DNA of 55,761 nt, from positions 1-55,761 of the IMG/VR virus record IMGVR_UViG_3300037424_001314; one strand, given 5' to 3'. The DNA comes from a virus. Taxonomy: Duplodnaviria; Caudoviricetes. Positions within the stretch are counted from its first letter, which is position 1, and every line of letters begins with the position of its first letter. Below are positions 26,394 to 36,458 of this stretch, in pieces. The notes under the pieces are model-generated. The model saw nothing but the letters and a program-made list of their open reading frames with translations, ran no database searches and had not been told where the DNA came from. The position numbers and the translations under genes are program-made.

Positions 26394-29020
26394 TGTCTAA
26401 ACTCGACATAACGATCAACCTCAAGGGCAAGAAGAAAGCTACTGAAGCCGCCAAATCGCCTGAAGTTTGGCCGACAATGATTCAGTCGGACGATCCGTTC
26501 CTTGCTCCCACAACATTTGAGTTTTTCGATGCTCTGACTACTCCGGTGGATCTTGTAGCGACGGGCCTAACCACGCAATCGTTATCAGTCTCGGGCAACT
26601 ATGAAGATCTTGTGGCTTGGCAAGCTCCTACTAGAGTGGAGTATGAGGAATACAATGAAACGACCGCTGAGTGGGATACAAAACACGCGATTGTGCTGAC
26701 GAGTTATCCTGAGTTTACTTCAGAGAATCTAACGATCATACATTTTGAAGAGGACCTTCCAGCGGCTGCGGAACACATTAAAGGTGTCCGGTTGTGGAGA
26801 GATTGTGCAGGTCTGTCGGGTGATTTGGTCAATGTAAACTCAACGACGGCTGATTTTGATACGTCCTTAACCTGGCTGCTTAAGGGCCGAGCCTCTGAGG
26901 TAACCATTGATTGCTACACAAATGAAAGTTCTCTAATACCCCAGACCACTATCGAGAGCGAATTTTCCACGACTGATATGGTAAAGCTCCTAGATAGAAA
27001 ACCTCTTGGTAAGATCCAGGATGACGGTGCTTATGCCGGTCGTGACGACAATGATCGGTGGTTTCTTGGAGCTGGTTTTTATGACATATTGATGCACCTG
27101 AAACGAGCAGCAGATTCCACAGACGATAACCACAGGCTCACCTGTAGTCCGGATTTAATTCATGAATCGGAGACGTCTTGGAGGCCAAAAGCTACGACAG
27201 AGGGCCTTAATTTCAAATCATCATCATTATTAGGATCATTTGATATTGCCGTAACCGAACTTGGATCGGGAACTATGGGGCATTACTGGTATCCATATGT
27301 CTATTCACATGAGGGTGGAAATATCGTTTTTCACTCAAAATACAGAAACGATCTACTTCATACAAATGTTCGCATAAACGGAACGGATACGAGTGTACCT
27401 GCTGGCATATTCTACAGTCCATTCGATACGGCTGACAAGACGGTATTCAAAGTCACAACAGCTCCGCAATACACGGCTGAGGAATACATGGGCCATGTTG
27501 TTTCGTCAGGGAAAAAACACCAAGTTCTTTTGAAAGCCCGTACAGTGGCTTATTACAACCGCAGTCGCGATACTGTCGCGAGTGGGTCAGATGTAGCGGC
27601 CTACACTGGATCTTTTCCAAATGGATGCGATTACTGTGATCCGATGCCTACGTGCCCGGAACAATGGGCCTGTGCCGGATTTTTTCATGGGGCGGTGGCG
27701 GCTGTCCAGGGGCAGGGTTCACCTTTCTCCACCTCCCTAGATCTTAGCGCGACATCATCAGGATGCTGCACGCCGGGTGCTTGCACACCAGAAGAGCTGT
27801 GTTTCGATTGCATCGCTACTGAGACTTGGGAAGTCAATTATACGATCATCGAAAATCATCACAAGTTCGGCTTGTGGTATGACAGGCTCCCTAACAATTT
27901 TCAGCGGGTTTTTCTTGAGACTTTCTATTCAGGTAATGCGTCTAGAGATGTGGAATTGCAATTATCCGATGTTGTATGGGGAAGCTATCCGTATAGAGCC
28001 TACTATGTGAGCGATTTAAGTAAGAATCACTTAGCCGTGTCGTGGGCAGAAGCACCGTGCGGACTAAACAATCTACATCTGTTGAGCACTGCCGGGTATA
28101 TTAGATCAGATCCGACTTTGACTAATGCAAAGGCATCTATGGTAGGTGCATACTCCGTTGAGGTTACGAGTTGGAACACACAGCAAGGTCTGAAAATTGG
28201 GAGAACATGGCCTTCTGATCTAATACCAATGGCCTCACGATTCATTGAACAGAAAATAATGGGTGTTCCGGCCACTCATGGTTCAAAGATCCCAACGGTC
28301 CGATCATCGGCCTTTTGGACCAATCACAATCTCCCATCATTTGACGCAGGGCACAATTATTCAAAATGGGACAACATCCCATGCGGCACAGCGCTAGTTC
28401 CCGATAAGGCTGGAGCGCTTGTTGGCATAATTGTTCAGGGTTCTAGGGTTTTCTATGTGTGGAGACGGGAGGATGAAGAATTTACAATGGATAACATTCC
28501 CCTTGATCCGGTTCCCCTAGGTTATGAAGAATATGATGGGCACATTCAATCATTCGAGTCGATCAATGATGGGGGCGGTGTCCATCCGTGGGAAAATCTC
28601 GATACAGGGGGTCCGACAAGCGAGTCCATATCAACGTTAGGGGGTTCCTGTGCCGACATTCAAGAGTTTGAGTTGATAGATCAGTTTAGCAACGAAGACG
28701 GGGTAGGGGCTATTAAATTACGCAAATTGACCCATTTTGGCAGGGGGGTTAGTTATGTGGCAACTGGCGAGCATTTTATCCGTAATGACGCTCCCGGCAA
28801 TGATACTCCTGTTACGTGCACGAATGCTCTCCTTGATTATTATGCTCCTGAAGCATCAACAAGGGGGCAGTTCGAATTACCAGCTCCTGTTTATGTAATG
28901 ACGAGCCATGAAGCCATTTTACGGCCAGGATCAGTCTATTCAGAAGATTGGTACGCCCCCTGCCGTAGAGTGCAGCGGAATAACTACGGTTACGTTAGTC
29001 CACCAGTCTGTTTACGATAG
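26393..29020 (+). CDS. Large tail-associated protein with central Cys cluster
   Basis: 875 aa; CDYCDPMPTCPEQWAC and GCCTPGACTPEELCFDC. Confidence 0.55.
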   Translation: MSKLDITINLKGKKKATEAAKSPEVWPTMIQSDDPFLAPTTFEFFDALTTPVDLVATGLTTQSLSVSGNYEDLVAWQAPTRVEYEEYNETTAEWDTKHAIVLTSYPEFTSENLTIIHFEEDLPAAAEHIKGVRLWRDCAGLSGDLVNVNSTTADFDTSLTWLLKGRASEVTIDCYTNESSLIPQTTIESEFSTTDMVKLLDRKPLGKIQDDGAYAGRDDNDRWFLGAGFYDILMHLKRAADSTDDNHRLTCSPDLIHESETSWRPKATTEGLNFKSSSLLGSFDIAVTELGSGTMGHYWYPYVYSHEGGNIVFHSKYRNDLLHTNVRINGTDTSVPAGIFYSPFDTADKTVFKVTTAPQYTAEEYMGHVVSSGKKHQVLLKARTVAYYNRSRDTVASGSDVAAYTGSFPNGCDYCDPMPTCPEQWACAGFFHGAVAAVQGQGSPFSTSLDLSATSSGCCTPGACTPEELCFDCIATETWEVNYTIIENHHKFGLWYDRLPNNFQRVFLETFYSGNASRDVELQLSDVVWGSYPYRAYYVSDLSKNHLAVSWAEAPCGLNNLHLLSTAGYIRSDPTLTNAKASMVGAYSVEVTSWNTQQGLKIGRTWPSDLIPMASRFIEQKIMGVPATHGSKIPTVRSSAFWTNHNLPSFDAGHNYSKWDNIPCGTALVPDKAGALVGIIVQGSRVFYVWRREDEEFTMDNIPLDPVPLGYEEYDGHIQSFESINDGGGVHPWENLDTGGPTSESISTLGGSCADIQEFELIDQFSNEDGVGAIKLRKLTHFGRGVSYVATGEHFIRNDAPGNDTPVTCTNALLDYYAPEASTRGQFELPAPVYVMTSHEAILRPGSVYSEDWYAPCRRVQRNNYGYVSPPVCLR

Positions 29021-29029
29021 GAGGTTCAT

Positions 29030-29356
29030 TTGTCAGAGACGATGACAAAAGTTAAAGCGGAATACCTTGATATTGCTCTTGAGCTGCTTCGCAGAATCGG
29101 CCTTGGTCTGGATATTTGTGGATCAACCGGCAAAATCACTATTGTGACAGACAATTACGAACTGAACGCGTCTGGATCTGTAACGAAATTGCCGAGCCTT
29201 CAGATGAGAGGGCAAGGAAATCAGTTTGAAGTACTGGCCGACGGGGTTGATATTTCACATCACCTGGCTTCAGTAACCGCTACAGCCGCTCACGGTCAAC
29301 CGCCTACAATTCACTGTCGGCTTGCTCCGATAGCGTGGAACCTGAATGTAGATTAG
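29030..29356 (+). CDS. Hypothetical protein
   Basis: GGAGG RBS with TTG start. Confidence 0.55.
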   Translation: MSETMTKVKAEYLDIALELLRRIGLGLDICGSTGKITIVTDNYELNASGSVTKLPSLQMRGQGNQFEVLADGVDISHHLASVTATAAHGQPPTIHCRLAPIAWNLNVD

Positions 29357-29420
29357 TGGCTTTATGCCTATTTTTTTAACCACCCGGTTAACCAACAGGT
29401 GAATTAATGAAATGTTTTCC

Positions 29421-29449
29421 TTGACATTAACCGCGGCGGTTAATATAAG
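29421..29449 (+). promoter_or_regulatory. Sigma70 promoter whose 17-nt spacer is a palindromic box
   Basis: TTGACA-TTAACCGCGGCGGTTAA-TATAAG; further half-site pairs at 29376-29403. Confidence 0.8.
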
Positions 29450-29477
29450 GCTTACACATTGATAGGAGGATGACTCC

Positions 29478-29903
29478 ATGCCCACGTACCGCAATACTGA
29501 CACGGACCCCCGATTATTCCCACGGGTGAGCACGCCAATCCCAGCCGGTTCCGACACTCCAGCGGTCCCCGGATATATATGGCCAGTCCCGAAGTATTTT
29601 GAGCTGGTCTCTGACGAACCAAAGCGCCCCACCCCGTGGGTTGAGTTGGCCGACGACCTCATAGCAAACCTCGAAACTCTGACGTCCCTCGCACAGTATG
29701 CCCAAATCAAAGTGGTCAACCAATCTGGGGCAGACCTCTCGATTGTTCCGAATGGGGATACAGATAACCCCATGAAGGTTATCACAGGCTCTGTCGAATT
29801 CATCACAATCGGAGTTTCCGCCCTCGGCATGAAGGACATCAACAGCCTCACATTCTCTGGTAGCGGGACGTCTGGCAATGTCTCCGTCTATGGGCTGAAA
29901 TAA
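29478..29903 (+). CDS. Hypothetical virion protein
   Basis: AGGAGG RBS. Confidence 0.65.
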   Translation: MPTYRNTDTDPRLFPRVSTPIPAGSDTPAVPGYIWPVPKYFELVSDEPKRPTPWVELADDLIANLETLTSLAQYAQIKVVNQSGADLSIVPNGDTDNPMKVITGSVEFITIGVSALGMKDINSLTFSGSGTSGNVSVYGLK

Positions 29904-29913
29904 GGGGGCTGGC

Positions 29914-31098
29914 ATGGCAAGAATAAGTGGTGTCATTATACCGGGAACCTCCGCAGGGCAGGAAACACTCCAGAACCTCATGTTCCCCAGCAACTACTAT
30001 GCTGCAAGCGGGAACTGGGCAGCGAAAACGGTCAGTGTGGCGGCAGACCGGTATAAATTCCTTGCCCCTGACTATGAGGCGCTGAAAATCAATAGCGGCA
30101 TGTATGGTAGGACTGGCTCGTTGATTCCTGATTTGAGTCAGGCCGCAACGTGGGATACGCTAGTCGGGACGGATGGCACGGTCGCAGCAAATCGAGCGGG
30201 CAAGGACATCTATGTCTACCACTGCGAACCCACATCCGGCCTAGCCCCTGTCGTGCTGGTCTCCTTCAATGCTTCTGCCCCCTCTGGCTACACAGTAGCA
30301 AATAGCAGGTTGATTGCTAGCGCTCACTGCCTCTGTGTAGCGGTGAACCACCAAACAACCTTGACGGCATGGGCGGCCAATACCGCCATTGCGTTGGGGT
30401 GCACTCGCAAATCCACCGTTTGGAACGGCAAAATCATTCGATGCACTACGGCTGGAACAACTCACGCGACAACAGAACCGGAAGTTGCCGCCGCCGTAGT
30501 GGGGTCAACCATAACGGATGGTACTGTAACATGGCTCGTTGAGCAACACGCCCTAGAGGGTTATGTTGCTGGCGATATTCTGCCTGCCAGTGTTGGTAGT
30601 ATCCATACGTGGCCCGACTTCATAACGCCGTCCGGCATGGTGTTTGTCCCTAGTGTAGGCTGGGTGGATATATACCTCCCCAGCGGTCTGCAAACGAGCC
30701 CTGTCTCCGTTTACGGGGGCACGGTGCTTCATAATCAGACATTTTATCATGCCCAAAAAAATTTAAATACCGTCTACAAGCGTCCCTGGACTATGGGCGA
30801 ATTTATGGCGGCGGCGTATGGTAGCAATGCCTCTGTTTTGAATGGTGGAGTAGATCCGTTGACGGCGGGTGGACGTGTGGATGCTTATGGACGCCGGGCC
30901 GTGTCGTCCTGGGGCGTAGAGGAGGCGTGTGGGTCACATCACCAATGGGCTGAAAACGTAAGCGGCGCATCTATCTATTTGGTGGGTGGGGCCTCAAATG
31001 ATGCTAACGCAGGGCCCTTGTATTTTACCGCTGCCGGTTCTACATCTTCAACTACAACGATAACCTATCGTGGGTGCGCATCACGTAAAAGCGGTTGA
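29914..31098 (+). CDS. Receptor-binding protein with C-type lectin (Mtd/FGE-like) C-terminus
   Basis: WVDIYLPS...EFMAAAYGS...SSWGVEEACG...QW...GG...YRG pattern. Confidence 0.7.
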   Translation: MARISGVIIPGTSAGQETLQNLMFPSNYYAASGNWAAKTVSVAADRYKFLAPDYEALKINSGMYGRTGSLIPDLSQAATWDTLVGTDGTVAANRAGKDIYVYHCEPTSGLAPVVLVSFNASAPSGYTVANSRLIASAHCLCVAVNHQTTLTAWAANTAIALGCTRKSTVWNGKIIRCTTAGTTHATTEPEVAAAVVGSTITDGTVTWLVEQHALEGYVAGDILPASVGSIHTWPDFITPSGMVFVPSVGWVDIYLPSGLQTSPVSVYGGTVLHNQTFYHAQKNLNTVYKRPWTMGEFMAAAYGSNASVLNGGVDPLTAGGRVDAYGRRAVSSWGVEEACGSHHQWAENVSGASIYLVGGASNDANAGPLYFTAAGSTSSTTTITYRGCASRKSG

Positions 31099-31127
31099 CT
31101 GAGCACAGTTCATTCAGAGGATGAATA

Positions 31128-32189
31128 TTGGCCAATACTATAATAAATGTCCGTGACTACGGAGCAGTAGGTAACGGATCACACGACGACACGCAAAACA
31201 TCAACGATGCGTTGGCTGCTGTTCCTGCCAATGGTGGAACGATATATTTCCCTGATTCTGTTTATGTGGTCACGGGGTCGCTGAATATCTCTCGTCACGG
31301 GACACGAATTGTAGGGGCCGGAGATTATGCAACAGTTTTCTCGTTCAACCCATCTTCACCAGGACTACCGTTATTCGATTTCACAAAAACGGGCGAAGTG
31401 CTTTATCACTGTGGAATCAAAAACGTAAAGTTCCAAGGTTTAGGGTCTTACCAAAAGATCGGGATACTGGCCACCGACACGAGTGAACTTTCTATTAGTG
31501 ACCTTTCAATGGCTGCATGGACCGGTAATTCTAGTATAGGAATCCAACTTCGTGGCCGAGAACTGACAACTATACGGAGAACAACCGTTTTTGCTGACAG
31601 ACCAATTTCGATTGAGAATAACCCCAACAGCACAATTGATTGCGATCATCTACACATGCAGGACATGTATCTCGTTCCCCTCGTTTCCACAGAATCCTGT
31701 GTCCACATCGAGCCCAACATCAATGTGACCAACCTGACCATTGATGGCACAAGCGCTTTCTGCCTTGGTAAACATGGGATCTATTGGGACGACACCGAAG
31801 CTCCCATAGGAACTAGTCTGCACATGAGCCTGAGAAACATTCGCAGGGAACAAACCCAAGACGCTGAAGGATATACGATTTTTATCAATCATTACGTTCA
31901 GAATATATTGTGTGAAAATATCGGAGCCGACAATCAGGCTAAGGGTTTCTATTTTCGTAATTGCAGGCACGTGACGTTACAGAACTGCTTCTATGATGGA
32001 ACTACCCAAACAACGGAAGCGCCCGAGGGCCTGAACCTAGACGAGTCGTGTCAATCCATCAGCTTGCAAAATTGTTTCTGGCAAAAGACCTCAACACGGT
32101 CAATCGGGAACCTGGAGAGTGTATCGAGCACTAGAAAGAACACCTCCCAGCAATTCCCAGCCAATGAATTTCTTGATGTAGCGGTGTAG
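31128..32189 (+). CDS. Pectate-lyase-like beta-helix protein (tailspike/depolymerase-like)
   Basis: INVRDYGAVGNGSHDDT...GGTIYFP; parallel beta-helix repeats. Confidence 0.85.
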   Translation: MANTIINVRDYGAVGNGSHDDTQNINDALAAVPANGGTIYFPDSVYVVTGSLNISRHGTRIVGAGDYATVFSFNPSSPGLPLFDFTKTGEVLYHCGIKNVKFQGLGSYQKIGILATDTSELSISDLSMAAWTGNSSIGIQLRGRELTTIRRTTVFADRPISIENNPNSTIDCDHLHMQDMYLVPLVSTESCVHIEPNINVTNLTIDGTSAFCLGKHGIYWDDTEAPIGTSLHMSLRNIRREQTQDAEGYTIFINHYVQNILCENIGADNQAKGFYFRNCRHVTLQNCFYDGTTQTTEAPEGLNLDESCQSISLQNCFWQKTSTRSIGNLESVSSTRKNTSQQFPANEFLDVAV

Positions 32190-32264
32190 CGGTGAACTAA
32201 TGCCCGACAAAACCCAGGAACAGGCTATCATGGAAATATTTCTTACAAAAATGGACGTGCTTAA

Positions 32265-32729
32265 TTGTTTGACCTCATCTCCTTCATAGAATCGCATTCG
32301 GTGACAGCCACACTTGCGGTCCTGTTTGGGCTAGGGATGGCGTACCTCGCCGGTCGCGAGATACGGGATATTTGGAAGCAGCACAACACAGTGCTCGGAT
32401 CTGTGATGCGGCAGGAAGAATCTATTAAGGACGAGGCGGACACGGTCATTTATCGCAAAGAGCTTCTGTTACGCTTGGCCCAACTACAAGAGATTGTCAC
32501 AGCATTACAAGATAACGCAACCACTCATTATTCCGATGTTGAACGGCTCGCCAGTGATGAGCATTGGAAGAATTGTCAGGTCGATAAGTGTCCGAACATG
32601 CCGAATATCATATCAAATTTGAAGCAGAACAACGAACGGCTTACCGAAATCATCGAGGGTTTGCGCGGTTTGACGATCGAGATTATCGCTACACTGCGGA
32701 CTTTGAGAACGAACGGGCACGCTCAATAG
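32265..32729 (+). CDS. Membrane-anchored protein, possibly lysis-related
   Basis: One N-terminal transmembrane segment followed by coiled coil. Confidence 0.55.
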   Translation: MFDLISFIESHSVTATLAVLFGLGMAYLAGREIRDIWKQHNTVLGSVMRQEESIKDEADTVIYRKELLLRLAQLQEIVTALQDNATTHYSDVERLASDEHWKNCQVDKCPNMPNIISNLKQNNERLTEIIEGLRGLTIEIIATLRTLRTNGHAQ

Positions 32730-32739
32730 GAACCTGAAC

Positions 32740-32940
32740 ATGGCGCTGCTACCGGCCATACAGCACGAATGCACTATCTCTGAAACAATCACACAGGAAC
32801 ACGATGACAGAGTATTCCGTGCGGTGATAGAAAATCCGCTTATGTCGCCTGTAGTGGCCTCGCTGAATGCAATTACTGACATGTTGCGCACGGAAAGAGA
32901 ATTGTTTATCGGAGGTGAAATCCAATGCATGACGAAGTAA
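32740..32940 (+). CDS. Small hypothetical protein
   Basis: Fills the operon gap; AGGA RBS. Confidence 0.4.
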   Translation: MALLPAIQHECTISETITQEHDDRVFRAVIENPLMSPVVASLNAITDMLRTERELFIGGEIQCMTK

Positions 32941-33263
32941 TCAACCACGAAGCTCCACAATGCGAAATTGAGGAAAAAGCAATAGATAAGCAACTCGCCA
33001 AGGGCATCTGGGGTGGGTTGCTGCTTATCGCGATCATGTCCGTAATCAGCCCGTCAGTCTACGCAAAAGGCGGGGACACCTATGGTTTTTTGCGAACCGT
33101 CTTTGAGACTGGAGGCCCGGAAATCATCAAGGCTGTGGTCGGTCTCGGTGTGTGGTTTATTCTTGAATACGGCCTCAAGGGATGTTGGACCCGGAGAATT
33201 TACGATGCGGAATACGGCCCTACGATTATTTTTGCTGTTTTTCTGTATTGCGTGCTGCGGTAG
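32925..33263 (+). CDS. Holin-like membrane protein
   Basis: Three hydrophobic segments; GGAGGT RBS; adjacent to the lysin. Confidence 0.55.
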   Translation: MHDEVINHEAPQCEIEEKAIDKQLAKGIWGGLLLIAIMSVISPSVYAKGGDTYGFLRTVFETGGPEIIKAVVGLGVWFILEYGLKGCWTRRIYDAEYGPTIIFAVFLYCVLR

Positions 33264-33744
33264 TTCCTGGGCGATGAGCCCAGAATATCAGGCCGCTTTC
33301 CAGAACGGGCTACGCAGCATTTTCGACAAACACCCGCGATATAAGCTCGGCGGAAATCTTGAGGACGGCGAAACAGATTGTGCTGAACTCATGAGAGAGG
33401 CCGCAAAAAAAGGCAGGCTCCCTGGCGTCAGCAACAAACGACTTCAAGCATGGCAGATTTACCGAGGGTACGGCGGCTTTGCGAACAATCCGGTCAAACA
33501 GTGGTTGCGAGGAGACAATGACAAAGGCGACTTGCTTTTTCAGCACCTCAAAAACGGCCTTGAGCGCCCCGATGGTGTTAACCATGTTCTCGCAGTAGTC
33601 GAGTGGAACGGGATTTATTACGTGATCCACGCTTCAAGCTCCAGGAACGGGGTCGTCATGATCCCGTTTGCAGAATGGATGGAGCAGGGGGTGGCAGGCG
33701 TGAAAGACGGGTACCGACGTATGACGATAGGGGACGGCAAGTAG
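33205..33744 (+). CDS. NlpC/P60 peptidoglycan hydrolase with signal peptide (endolysin candidate)
   Basis: YKLGG...DCAEL...GDLLF...NHV...IHASSS; N-terminus MRNTALRLFLLFFCIACCGSSWA. Confidence 0.8.
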   Translation: MRNTALRLFLLFFCIACCGSSWAMSPEYQAAFQNGLRSIFDKHPRYKLGGNLEDGETDCAELMREAAKKGRLPGVSNKRLQAWQIYRGYGGFANNPVKQWLRGDNDKGDLLFQHLKNGLERPDGVNHVLAVVEWNGIYYVIHASSSRNGVVMIPFAEWMEQGVAGVKDGYRRMTIGDGK

Positions 33745-33773
33745 TTTGAAAATGACCAGAGAGCCCATCCTTA

Positions 33774-35042
33774 ATGAGGAAATTATGTATGGCTAGGCTC
33801 TGCATACTTACCAACTTCGATTCCTGGAATGACGCGTACAGCCTGACACACGTTGTGCGTGAGCAAGCTCGCTGTTTGGTTCGGCATGGGCATCAGGTGA
33901 CGGTGTTCGTGCGCGAGGATTGCACTCCACACAATGCAGGGTGCTCGCAGTTCGCATGTCTGCCGGCATTCACGCCAGCGCTCTACCGATCCATTGCAGA
34001 CCTTACAGATGCACATAAAAACATCGCAGAGAAGACCTCTACGCTACTCGTCAGCAACCTTGAACATTACGACGCAGTGTTTACCCACGATTGGATACTA
34101 ACCGGCCCCAATTTGCCTTACGCTGAAGCTCTACGCATGTCCTGTGACGCTCTGAGGGGTAAGCCGTTTCTTCATTGGGTGCACTCGGAATACCGAGGGG
34201 GAAAAGACTGGTGTTTGTTGAAACGCTACGGCAATGGACATCGCATCATATACCCAAACAGAATTGACAAGCATTTCGTCGGGGAAGCGTTTGGCTCTGA
34301 TTCTGATGCAGTGCGGAGTATTCCTCACGTCAAGGATCTCAGGAATTATTTCGATTTCGCTCCCTTGACACGCCAGATCATTGATGCTCTGCCCGGCTTG
34401 ATGCAGGCTGATTTCGTGCAGGTCTACCCCGTTGCTGCCGACAGGCTGGACAGCAAGGGGCTACGCGACCTCATTCTCGTCTTCAAGATGCTCAAACAAA
34501 GGGATGCAACTGTATGCCTATTGATTGTCGATTCGTGGACTGGAAAGTCCTCAAAGCAGGATATCTCAAAATACCAACGCCTCGCAGAATCAAACGGCCT
34601 GACCAGCCAAGAAATAGCTTTTTCGAGCACCCTTATGAACCGATTGCTTCCGGACGGCCTCCTTAGCCGGATAATCCGGGAGTTGCAACAATGCAGCAAT
34701 GTATTTGTGAACCCAACACGCGGGGAGACGTTCGGCCTCTGCCTACCGGAAGCTGGATTGGCAGGCGGCGTGCTCCCCGTGTTGAACGCAAGTCTCCCCA
34801 TGATGTTTGAGGTATCCGGCATGTGCGGCCTGGCGTTTGAATTTGGCTCGCAACATAGGCACTTCAAACCAGCTAACGAACGTGAATACTTCCAGCGCAT
34901 CGCAAGTCACATAGTCGCTTGCGCAAGCAAAGACGACTGCTGGCGTTATCGAACATTCGTGCGGCAGAACCTCAACATGGACGCTGTTTATCAGAAATTC
35001 TACGAACCGATCCTGACGGAAGCAATGGACCTATGGGTATGA
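33774..35042 (+). CDS. Glycosyltransferase, GT-B (GT4-like)
   Basis: LVRHGHQVTV, FTHD, KG, NVFVNPTRGETFGLCLPEA. Confidence 0.88.
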   Translation: MRKLCMARLCILTNFDSWNDAYSLTHVVREQARCLVRHGHQVTVFVREDCTPHNAGCSQFACLPAFTPALYRSIADLTDAHKNIAEKTSTLLVSNLEHYDAVFTHDWILTGPNLPYAEALRMSCDALRGKPFLHWVHSEYRGGKDWCLLKRYGNGHRIIYPNRIDKHFVGEAFGSDSDAVRSIPHVKDLRNYFDFAPLTRQIIDALPGLMQADFVQVYPVAADRLDSKGLRDLILVFKMLKQRDATVCLLIVDSWTGKSSKQDISKYQRLAESNGLTSQEIAFSSTLMNRLLPDGLLSRIIRELQQCSNVFVNPTRGETFGLCLPEAGLAGGVLPVLNASLPMMFEVSGMCGLAFEFGSQHRHFKPANEREYFQRIASHIVACASKDDCWRYRTFVRQNLNMDAVYQKFYEPILTEAMDLWV

Positions 35043-35043
35043 G

Positions 35044-35934
35044 ATGCTAAAAATCCTCGTTTCTCAGCACGATCACTACAACTACATGGACGCCGGCCTT
35101 ATCCAAGGCCTTCAAAATCTCGGGCATGAGGTCTGGGATGTATTTGGCTACCGAGCGAACTACCTGGATCCACAAGGCGAGCGACCACGCTTTGAGGAAT
35201 TCGAGCTTATCATTGATTTTGTCAATGGCGTCCACACGACAGAGGCCCCGCGGGGAGCGAAGCGTATCTTCGTTTGGGGTGAAGACGATCAAGCTGGACT
35301 AGACAAGGTTTTTGCTCAGGGCTATGACCATGTATTCGTCCGCGATCATATCCTCGGCTCGCCCGGCATCCCGATCAATTTTGGAATCGAGGACCGTTAC
35401 TACTGTGCTACGTCCAACGGCATCAAACCCCTGAAGGGCCGGACGATTGACGTTTGTTTCCTCGGCTCACTATGGGCGCACAGATTGCCGTTGGTCAAAA
35501 AGCTGAAACAAGACTTCGGCCACCTCAATCTGATGCTCGGCCCGCGGCGATTCAATACAACGGACGACACATGGTCCAGGTGGACAAAGTCCTGGTGCGC
35601 GCATGATCCGCAGTATTTTGAAACACTCGCCGATAGCAAGATTTGTCTCAGCTTTAAGGGGGCGGGACCGGATACGGCACGAACGTGGGAATGCCTAGCG
35701 AGCGGGGCAGTCCCTATAATCGAGACGATGGGCCTCATCGACATAGTTAGGCCAACTCCGGGCGGTGTCCGATGGTTTTTTGGATACGACCAATTACGGG
35801 AGGCCATCACGGAGACGCTGGCCCGGCTACATTCTGACACCACATACGTAGACGATCACTGGAAATGGAATCAGGAGAATCATTCAACCACAGCTCGTGC
35901 TCGATACGTCCTCAACCAGTGTGGCCTAGCATGA
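35044..35934 (+). CDS. Glycosyltransferase, GT-B (CgeB-like)
   Basis: IDVCFLGS...R...LADSKICLSFKG...RTWECLASGA. Confidence 0.8.
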   Translation: MLKILVSQHDHYNYMDAGLIQGLQNLGHEVWDVFGYRANYLDPQGERPRFEEFELIIDFVNGVHTTEAPRGAKRIFVWGEDDQAGLDKVFAQGYDHVFVRDHILGSPGIPINFGIEDRYYCATSNGIKPLKGRTIDVCFLGSLWAHRLPLVKKLKQDFGHLNLMLGPRRFNTTDDTWSRWTKSWCAHDPQYFETLADSKICLSFKGAGPDTARTWECLASGAVPIIETMGLIDIVRPTPGGVRWFFGYDQLREAITETLARLHSDTTYVDDHWKWNQENHSTTARARYVLNQCGLA

Positions 35935-36458
35935 CAGAATTTATCAAGGGCAGATACACCTACGATGACCCCAAGATATTGTGGGGAGAATACGGCGACG
36001 CCAAAGCTTCTGCCGGCGCTTTCTGCTCAATCTCGAATACGGTGACAATTTATCTGGGGGGCAATCACCGGACCGACTGGATCTCTACATTCCCCTTCAT
36101 GGCGTGGCCCGACAAATTCCCTACCGCCGCGGGCATCGAGGGGCATCCGGCGAGTAATGGCGATGTGGTTATCGGCAATGATGTCTGGATAGGTAACAAC
36201 GTCGTGATCATGTCCGGCAGTGTAATCGAGGACGGTTGCGTGATAGGGGCACACAGTGTGGTTGCGGGGAGAATCCCGGCCTACTCTGTTGCCGTCGGCA
36301 ATCCAGCCCGAGTGGTCAGGAAGAGGTTTACTGAGGAGCAAATTACAGACTTGCTCACGATCAGGTGGTGGGACTGGCCTATCGAAAAGATCATGAAAAA
36401 TATTCCGCTTTTGCTGAATCCCGACATTAGTCGTTTCATAGAGGCGCACAAACCATGA
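35931..36458 (+). CDS. Hexapeptide-repeat O-acetyltransferase (CatB/Vat-like fold)
   Basis: GNHRTDWISTFPF...IGNDVWIG...GNPARVVRKRF...WWDW. Confidence 0.9.
   Translation: MTEFIKGRYTYDDPKILWGEYGDAKASAGAFCSISNTVTIYLGGNHRTDWISTFPFMAWPDKFPTAAGIEGHPASNGDVVIGNDVWIGNNVVIMSGSVIEDGCVIGAHSVVAGRIPAYSVAVGNPARVVRKRFTEEQITDLLTIRWWDWPIEKIMKNIPLLLNPDISRFIEAHKP

Noticed and set aside
29914-31098. Diversity-generating retroelement
   Set aside because: No reverse transcriptase or template-repeat copy seen in the window.
35931-36458. Chloramphenicol or streptogramin resistance gene
   Set aside because: The fold is shared, but its position among glycosyltransferases favours a sugar O-acetyltransferase.
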